The notes below the pieces were generated by a model. That model did not search any database and was not told the DNA's origin. It saw only the letters and a list, made by a program, of their open reading frames with translations. Positions 58,095-64,000 of a stretch of DNA of 64,000 nucleotides are shown here, in pieces; position 1 is the stretch's first letter, and each line of letters opens with the position of its first letter. The stretch is taken from contig CAVPSB010000016.1 of assembly GCA_963708025.1 (NCBI GenBank), positions 288,001-352,000 on the forward strand, given 5' to 3'. The stretch is from an uncultured Candidatus Rokubacteria bacterium. Its GTDB lineage: Bacteria > Methylomirabilota > Methylomirabilia > Rokubacteriales > DASRDR01. A program made the position numbers and the translations under genes.

Positions 58095-59993
58095 ATGTGG
58101 CGACGTAGCCGGATCGGCCTCCTCCTGATCCTCGCGGCCGTCCTGCCCCGGCCGGGTGTCGCGGCCGACGCGCCTCCCGAGGTCCCTTCGCTGGCCGCCC
58201 GGGTGGCCGCCGGCGAGCTGCCCCCCCTGGCCCGCCGTCTCCCCGAGCGGCCGCTCGTCGTCCAGACGGAGACGGAGGCGACTTACGGGGGCGAACTGCG
58301 GACGCTGATCGGCACCCCCAAGGACTGGAAGCTGGCCTTCGTCTACGGATACGCGCGCCTGGTTCGATTCGACACGGACTATCAGATCGTTCCCGACATC
58401 GCCGAGCGCTTCGAGGTCAAGGACGGGGGCCGGAGCTTCACGTTCTACCTGCGAAAGGGCCACCGCTGGTCGGACGGCGCCCCGTTCACGAGTGCCGACT
58501 TCGCCTACTGGTGGAAGCACGTGGCCCACGAAGAGGAGTTGTCGCCGGGAGGCCCCCCGACCCTCCTTCTCGTCGACGGCGAGGAGCCGACCGTCGAGTT
58601 TCCCGATGCGTGGACGGTGCGGTTCCGCTGGTCGAAGCCCAACAACCTCTTCCTGCTCGATCAGGCGGGCGCCTACCCGACCCTGCTCTACCGGCCGGCC
58701 CACTACCTCAAGCAGTTCCACAAGGCCTTCACCGATCCGGAGAAGCTCAAGAAGATGGCGAAGGCCGAGCGGCGTCGGAACTGGGCGGCACTCCACAACA
58801 AGCGCGACGCGCTGTACGTGATGGACAACCCGGAGATGCCGACGCTCCAGCCGTGGCGGCCGTCGGTGGCGCCGCCCGCCGACGTCGCCCCCGCCCAGCG
58901 GAATCCCTACTTCCACCGGGTGGACCAGCGTGGCCGCCAGCTCCCCTACATCGACCGTCTGGTGCTGGTGCTGGCCGACCGGGCCGTGATCTCGGTCAAG
59001 GCGTCAACCGGCGAGGCCGACCTCCAGGCGCGCTATCTCTCCTTCGACCAGGTCTCGTTCCTCAAGCGGAACGAAAAGAGCGCCGGCTACCGGGTCCACC
59101 TGTGGTCCACCGCCTCGAGCTGCTCGGTCTGTCTCTACCCCAACCTCACGACGGCCGACCCGGTGATGCGGGAGCTCCTCCTGGACCGGCGCTTCCGGCG
59201 CGCGCTGTCGCTGGCCATCGACCGCGACGAGATCAACAAGATCCTCTTCTTCGGGCTGGGTGTCATCGGGCAGAACTCGGTCCTCCGGAGTCCCGCCACC
59301 CAGGAGGACCCGCGGATGGCCTTCGCGAGGTTCGACCCGGCCCAGGCCAATCGGCTGCTCGACGAGATGGGGCTGAGAAGTCGCGACTCGAGAGGCTTCC
59401 GGCTCCGCCCCGACGGCAAGCGCCTGGACATCATCGTCGAGACCAGCGGCGAGTCCACCGAGGAAGTCGACGTGCTGGAGCTGATCGCCGACACCTGGAA
59501 GCAGATCGGCATCGAGCTCCTGATCCGCCCGAGCCAGCGCGAGGTCTTTCGCCGCCGGGTGTCATCGGGCGAGGCGGTCATGAGCGTGAGCCACAGTGAC
59601 CTCTTCGGGCTGCCCACCCCCGACATGAGCCCCATCGAGCTGGCCCCGGTGAACTCCATCCACCTCCAGTGGTCCCAGTGGGGGCTCTGGTACGAGACGA
59701 AGGGCAAGAGCGGGGAGGAGCCGCCGCCGGCCGCGCGCCGGCTGGTCACCCTCTACGACCGCTGGCTCCACTCGACGGATCGGGACGAGCGGGCCCGGGT
59801 GTGGGGGGAGATGCTCGACATCAGCGCCGAGGAGCTCTTCACCATCGGCATCCTCGGCGGGACGCTCCAGCCCGTGGTCGTGAAGACCGGTCTCCGGGGC
59901 GTGCCCGAGAACGGGGTCTACGCCTGGGACCCCGGCGCCCACTTCGGGGTCTACAGCCCGGACACGTTCTACTGGCAGGGCGGCCGCCGCTAA
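58095..59993 (+). CDS. Orphan ABC substrate-binding protein (family 5)
   Basis: Signal peptide; AGELPPLARRLP, LRKGHRWSDGAPFT, RNPYF, GRQLPYID, FRRALSLAIDR. Confidence 0.9.
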   Translation: MWRRSRIGLLLILAAVLPRPGVAADAPPEVPSLAARVAAGELPPLARRLPERPLVVQTETEATYGGELRTLIGTPKDWKLAFVYGYARLVRFDTDYQIVPDIAERFEVKDGGRSFTFYLRKGHRWSDGAPFTSADFAYWWKHVAHEEELSPGGPPTLLLVDGEEPTVEFPDAWTVRFRWSKPNNLFLLDQAGAYPTLLYRPAHYLKQFHKAFTDPEKLKKMAKAERRRNWAALHNKRDALYVMDNPEMPTLQPWRPSVAPPADVAPAQRNPYFHRVDQRGRQLPYIDRLVLVLADRAVISVKASTGEADLQARYLSFDQVSFLKRNEKSAGYRVHLWSTASSCSVCLYPNLTTADPVMRELLLDRRFRRALSLAIDRDEINKILFFGLGVIGQNSVLRSPATQEDPRMAFARFDPAQANRLLDEMGLRSRDSRGFRLRPDGKRLDIIVETSGESTEEVDVLELIADTWKQIGIELLIRPSQREVFRRRVSSGEAVMSVSHSDLFGLPTPDMSPIELAPVNSIHLQWSQWGLWYETKGKSGEEPPPAARRLVTLYDRWLHSTDRDERARVWGEMLDISAEELFTIGILGGTLQPVVVKTGLRGVPENGVYAWDPGAHFGVYSPDTFYWQGGRR

Positions 59994-60187
59994 CGGGCGG
60001 GGCCGATGAGCGTCGCAACGTTCATCTCGGCCCTCCGCCTACGGCCTCGCGTCCGTCCCGACCTATGGTCGTCCTCGGTCGTCGCCGATCCTCGGCGTAC
60101 TCGGAGTACGCCTCCGGTCGGCGACTCCCTGCGTCCTTCGGACGGCCTTCGGCCTCTGGGCGCTGCTCGCTCCTCGGCCCCGCCCCC
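59994..60187. repeat. Family 3 element, copy D
   Basis: gggcggggccgatgagc...tcggccccgccc, directly after TAA 59993. Confidence 0.85.
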
Positions 60188-60226
60188 AAGAACAAACCGA
60201 CGCTGGATAGGGGCCGCTGCCGGGGG

Positions 60227-60817
60227 TCAGTTCTTGCGGTGCCCCAGGACCTTGGGCGGGAGGGGGGCCAGCTTGCCGGTCTCGCCCGGTCCGATCCAGC
60301 GGACCACGAGCGTGGCGGTGTAGCGCTTCTGGAAGTACATGATCGTGATGGGGTACCAGCCCGGCTTGTCGATCTTCAGGTCGATGCGGTCCGACGTCGT
60401 GTCGGAATGCACGCCGGGATCCTCGTGGACGAGCTGGCCGCCGATCTCCACCCGCACGCCGTCGTTCGAGGTGACGTCGAGGCCGTAGGTCCCCGCCTTC
60501 TCGAAGAGGACGAAGCCGGTGATGAGGGCGCCCACGCCTTCCCGGGTCTTGCTGGTCAGGACGGTGCCGTTCCCCATGCGCCAGTCGAGGTGGGTCAGCG
60601 GCGGCCCGCTCTCGAACTTACGGCCCTTCATCTGGTTGACGTAGTTCATGATGGCGTAGGTGTACTGCACGGTCAGGCCGGGCGTGAGCTGCTGAGCCGT
60701 GGGCTGCGGCTCGGCCGGCTTCAGGCCGGTGATCGTCTCGGCCCGGGCCGCCGGCCCAAGCCCCACCGTGACGGCGACGACGGTCCCGACGACACCGTGC
60801 AACAGACTCGTCCTCAT
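60227..60817 (-). CDS. Exported PA14-domain protein
   Basis: Signal peptide ARA-E; TGFVLFEKAGTY, SNDGVRVEIGG, GWYPITIMYFQ; GGAGG RBS. Confidence 0.8.
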   Translation of the reverse strand: MRTSLLHGVVGTVVAVTVGLGPAARAETITGLKPAEPQPTAQQLTPGLTVQYTYAIMNYVNQMKGRKFESGPPLTHLDWRMGNGTVLTSKTREGVGALITGFVLFEKAGTYGLDVTSNDGVRVEIGGQLVHEDPGVHSDTTSDRIDLKIDKPGWYPITIMYFQKRYTATLVVRWIGPGETGKLAPLPPKVLGHRKN

Positions 60818-61034
60818 GGGCTGTCTCCCTCCTCCAAGAGTGTCGAACGCCCCGCCCGAATGGTAGGACAGGGTGCCCCGCCCGCGCAACCCGGTCGTCG
60901 ACCCCCCGCGGCGACCGCCGACCTCCTCGTGCCAGGAGCTCTACCGCGCGGGTCCCATCGCCGACGCGTTCTCTCGAGGCCTGTGACGGATGGTCGGTGG
61001 CTGCCATTCCACGAGCGGGTGAGGGACGGGAAGG

Positions 61035-62279
61035 TCAGGCCCGCTTGCCGTCCAGCTCCTCGATGGTCGCCGTCGAGGGGGGCCGGCGGGCCCGGAGACG
61101 GCGCGCCACCCCCTCCGCCCGACGGAAGGCCCGCAGGAGGTTGCCGCCCGCCAGCCTGGCCAGGTCGGCCTCGCGCCAGCCGCGGCGGATCAGCTCGGCG
61201 AAGAGGTACGGGTAGCGGGAGACGTCTTCCAGACCGACCGGCCACTCCTCGTTGCCGTCGTAGTCGCCGCCGATCCCGATGTGCTCCACGCCGGCCACCT
61301 GGCGCGCGTGCTCGACGTGATCCGCCACCTGGGCGACCGTGGCCCTCGGCAGGGGGTGGGCGGCGAAGAACTCCCGCTCGCGGCGCCGCCGCTCCGCGCG
61401 GTCGGTGACCCCCGCGATGAGCGGGTTGACCTCCTTCTTGGCGGCGGTATAGGCGGTGGCCACCTCCTGGGAGACGAAGGGGCCCACGAAGGTGATCATC
61501 ACGACCCCGCCGTTGTCGCGGAGCCGCTCCAGGATGGAGTCGGGGACGTCCCGCGGCACGTCGGTGAGCGCCCGGCAGGACGAGTGGGAGAAGATCACCG
61601 GGGCCTCGGACACCCGGAGGGCGTGCGCCATGACGGCCGGCGAGACGTGGGCGAGGTCGACCAGCATCCCGAGCCGGTTCATCTCCCGGACGACCTCTTC
61701 CCCGAACCGCGTGAGGCCGCCGTGGCGGGGCGCGTCGTTGGCGGCGTCGGCCCAGTCGTGGGTGACGTTGTGGGTGAGCGTCATGTAACGCGCCCCGAGG
61801 TCGTAGTAGGCGCGCAGCGCCCCGAGCGAGTTCTCGATCGCGTGCCCGCCCTCCAGCCCCAGGAGCGAGGCGATCCGCCGGCGCCGGATCGCCCGGACCA
61901 CGTCGCCCGCGGTCAGGCACAGCACCAGCTCCGGGTAGCGGGCGATCACCCGGCGGGCGATGTCGATCTGCTCGAGCTGGAGGCGGGCGAAGCCCTCGGC
62001 CTTCGCGTCCCCCGGGATGTAGACCGACCAGAACTGTCCCCCGACCCCGCCCTCCCGCAGCCGGGCCAGGTCGGTATCCCCCGGCGTCCGGGAGCGCAGA
62101 TCGTAGGCCCCGACGTCCCGCGGGCTCTTCGGGTCGTTCCGGATGGTCCAGGCCAGGTCGTTGTGGCCGTCGATCACCGGGTGCTTCGCCAGCAGCCGGC
62201 GCGCGCGGCGGAGCGCCCGGTCCCCGTCCAGGGTCTTCGTCCGCGGCGCGCCGCGTGATGCCGTTCGGCCTCGCTTCAT
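61035..62279 (-). CDS. Membrane/renal dipeptidase family (M19)
   Basis: IDGHNDL, QFWSVY, EGGH, MTLTH, VDLAH, FSHSS, IGIGGDYDG. Confidence 0.92.
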   Translation of the reverse strand: MKRGRTASRGAPRTKTLDGDRALRRARRLLAKHPVIDGHNDLAWTIRNDPKSPRDVGAYDLRSRTPGDTDLARLREGGVGGQFWSVYIPGDAKAEGFARLQLEQIDIARRVIARYPELVLCLTAGDVVRAIRRRRIASLLGLEGGHAIENSLGALRAYYDLGARYMTLTHNVTHDWADAANDAPRHGGLTRFGEEVVREMNRLGMLVDLAHVSPAVMAHALRVSEAPVIFSHSSCRALTDVPRDVPDSILERLRDNGGVVMITFVGPFVSQEVATAYTAAKKEVNPLIAGVTDRAERRRREREFFAAHPLPRATVAQVADHVEHARQVAGVEHIGIGGDYDGNEEWPVGLEDVSRYPYLFAELIRRGWREADLARLAGGNLLRAFRRAEGVARRLRARRPPSTATIEELDGKRA

Positions 62280-62636
62280 GGGATCCGCCTCTCGCTCCGG
62301 CCCGGTCGGGTGATCGCGTCGAGTGGCCGGCGGCGCCCGACCCGCCCGGCCTCACGGCCTCCGACTACACCACGTCCCGCCTCGGCGGCGCAAGCGGCCC
62401 CGCCGCCCGGCCACCCGGCCCGCCTCTCGACGCGGGCCGCGACCGGCGCGGCGCGGCTGTCGGTCGTGTGGGCCGTGCGTATAATCGCCGGACAGCCCCA
62501 GGCGCCTTCCACCGGACCGGCGGGCCGCGTTCCAGCGAGGGCGGCGCCACCCCGGGGCCGGCCCCGCCGCCGGACGCCAAAGAACGGGATGCCGCCCGGC
62601 CCAGTCCGGGTGAGCCGGAGGCCCAGCGTGTCCACG

Positions 62637-63077
62637 ATGCGGATGCTGGCCTGTCTGATCGCGGCGTTCCTGATTCCAGCCCTGCTCTTCTCGTCGTGCG
62701 GCCCCGGGGGCGGCTGCGACGAGGGCGCGGACGTGTCCGCCCAGGCCACGGTGGAATCGTCTCGACTCGTGAGTGACTCGCAGGGGCTCTGCCGGATCGA
62801 GGGCACCGTCTTCAACGACGCCGGAATCGATGCCCATGTCGAGATCCAGTTCCGCGCCTTCGAGACCGGCGGCCGCCCGACCCGCGATCCGGTCGCCGGC
62901 ATCTTCGGAGGGCTGCTGGTTCCCACTCACTCGAGGGCCAGGTACTCGACCGGCGCCATCTCTCGGGCCGGAAGCGATCCCGCCACGTTCCTGAGCTGCT
63001 CGGAGATCGCCGGGTTCGAGCTCGTGAGGGTCAAGGCCACGGAGAACGCGTGCGGCCCTCGGACCGGCCTTCCCTGA
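62637..63077 (+). CDS. Putative lipoprotein of unknown function
   Basis: Hydrophobic signal ending FSSC; several Cys; GGAGG and an alternative GTG at 62628; TATAAT at 62480. Confidence 0.55.
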   Translation: MRMLACLIAAFLIPALLFSSCGPGGGCDEGADVSAQATVESSRLVSDSQGLCRIEGTVFNDAGIDAHVEIQFRAFETGGRPTRDPVAGIFGGLLVPTHSRARYSTGAISRAGSDPATFLSCSEIAGFELVRVKATENACGPRTGLP

Positions 63078-63221
63078 GGTCGGCCCGACGGGAGCCATCG
63101 CCGGGCGGGTGCCCGCGTGAGACGCGCGCGCGCCGCTCCCCGCGGCATCGCGGCGCTGCGGGCCGCTTCTGGCGCGTTCCGTCACCCGTGTCCCGAGGGA
63201 ACCCCACCCCCGAGGGAGTGC

Positions 63222-63251
63222 TTGACCTCGGCGCAGCCGCCGGGCTAGCCT
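63222..63251 (+). promoter_or_regulatory. Sigma70-like promoter, probably leaderless
   Basis: TTGACC-N18-TAGCCT, 8 nt before ATG 63260, no Shine-Dalgarno. Confidence 0.55.
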
Positions 63252-63259
63252 GTCCCGTC

Positions 63260-64000
63260 ATGGCTCGACCCCGGATCGACGACGGCGCCTGGAGCCTGGC
63301 CGCCACCGGCCAGTGGCGGCCCGAGCGGAAGCCCGAGGCCTTCGGGCTCCGCGGCATGGTCGCCTCGGCCCACCCGGTGGCCGCCCTCGTGGGGGCGACC
63401 GTCCTCGAGGCGGGAGGCAACGCCTTCGACGCCGCCATCGCGGTGGCGGCCGCCGAGGGCGTGGTGCTCCCGATGATGTGCGGCCTCGGGGGCGACGCCT
63501 TCGTCGTCCTCCACGACGCGCGGCGCCGCGAGCTGGTCGCCTTCAACGGGAGCGGCGTCGCCGCCGCCGGCGCCACCGCGGAGTACTACACGAGCCGGGG
63601 CTTCCGCACGATGCCGCTGGACGGGGTCCACGCCGTCGGCGTGCCGGGGGCGGTCTCGGTCTACGAGGCGATCTGGAAGCGGTACGGCACGCGTCCCTGG
63701 GCCGAGCTGTGGGCCCCGGCGATCCGGCTCGCCGAGGACGGGGTGGTGATCACCGAGCACGTCAGCCGCCGGTTCGCCGAACGGGCCGAGCTGCTGGCCC
63801 GCCACCCGCTGGCGGCGCGGCAGTTCCTGCCGAACGGCGGGCCGCCCGCGGCGGGCCAGCGGTGGGCGGCGCCCAACCTGGGCAAGAGCCTGCGGATCGT
63901 CGCCCAGGGCGGCGCCGACGCCTTCTACCGGGGCGAGCTCGCCGAGCGCGTGGTCACGTTCCTGCGCGGGGAGGGCGCGCTGTTTGCCCCCGAGGACTTC
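63260..64000 (+). CDS. ggt: Gamma-glutamyltransferase family protein (runs off window end)
   Basis: GMVASAHP, LEAGGNAFDAAIA, CGLGGDAF, VGVPGAV, AFYRGELA. Confidence 0.9.
   Translation, partial: MARPRIDDGAWSLAATGQWRPERKPEAFGLRGMVASAHPVAALVGATVLEAGGNAFDAAIAVAAAEGVVLPMMCGLGGDAFVVLHDARRRELVAFNGSGVAAAGATAEYYTSRGFRTMPLDGVHAVGVPGAVSVYEAIWKRYGTRPWAELWAPAIRLAEDGVVITEHVSRRFAERAELLARHPLAARQFLPNGGPPAAGQRWAAPNLGKSLRIVAQGGADAFYRGELAERVVTFLRGEGALFAPEDF

Noticed and set aside
60006-60323. ORFs overlapping repeat elements (also 40163-40607 and 47471-47557)
   Set aside because: Translations of repeat DNA rather than real genes or real N-termini.

Overview
Very GC-rich bacterial chromosome segment. The gene repertoire (PilT/PilU, Mla/Pqi-type transporter, PagL-like barrel, Lnt) indicates a diderm. 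The style resembles Candidatus Rokubacteria/Methylomirabilota, but that is an unverified impression. About 45 protein genes: two-component and sigma54 signalling, a type IV pilus motor operon, redox and hydrolase enzymes, two peptide-type ABC substrate-binding proteins, a sulfatase-MCE lipid transporter cluster, envelope enzymes, and a DmsA-like molybdoenzyme with a B12-radical SAM neighbour. No rRNA, tRNA, CRISPR array, transposase or integrase was recognised. Main candidate new system: a translationally coupled operon (11707->7555) encoding a 68-aa Sm/Hfq-fold protein, a lone response regulator, a catalytically dead PilB-like ATPase that keeps an MshEN c-di-GMP-binding motif, and intact PilT and PilU. 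Also notable: three families of modular hairpin repeats plus a MITE that often sit directly at stop codons; a His->Asp pseudokinase; a Tat-type deaminase bracketed by a duplicated promoter; two genes reduced to fused N- and C-termini; a 4 x 36-aa expansion in an MCE protein; and two sigma54 promoter motifs. Frameshifts cluster at 18.5-24.3, 29.5-36 and 43.4-44 kb and are probably read or assembly indels. All calls come from motif recognition by eye; no database search was run.
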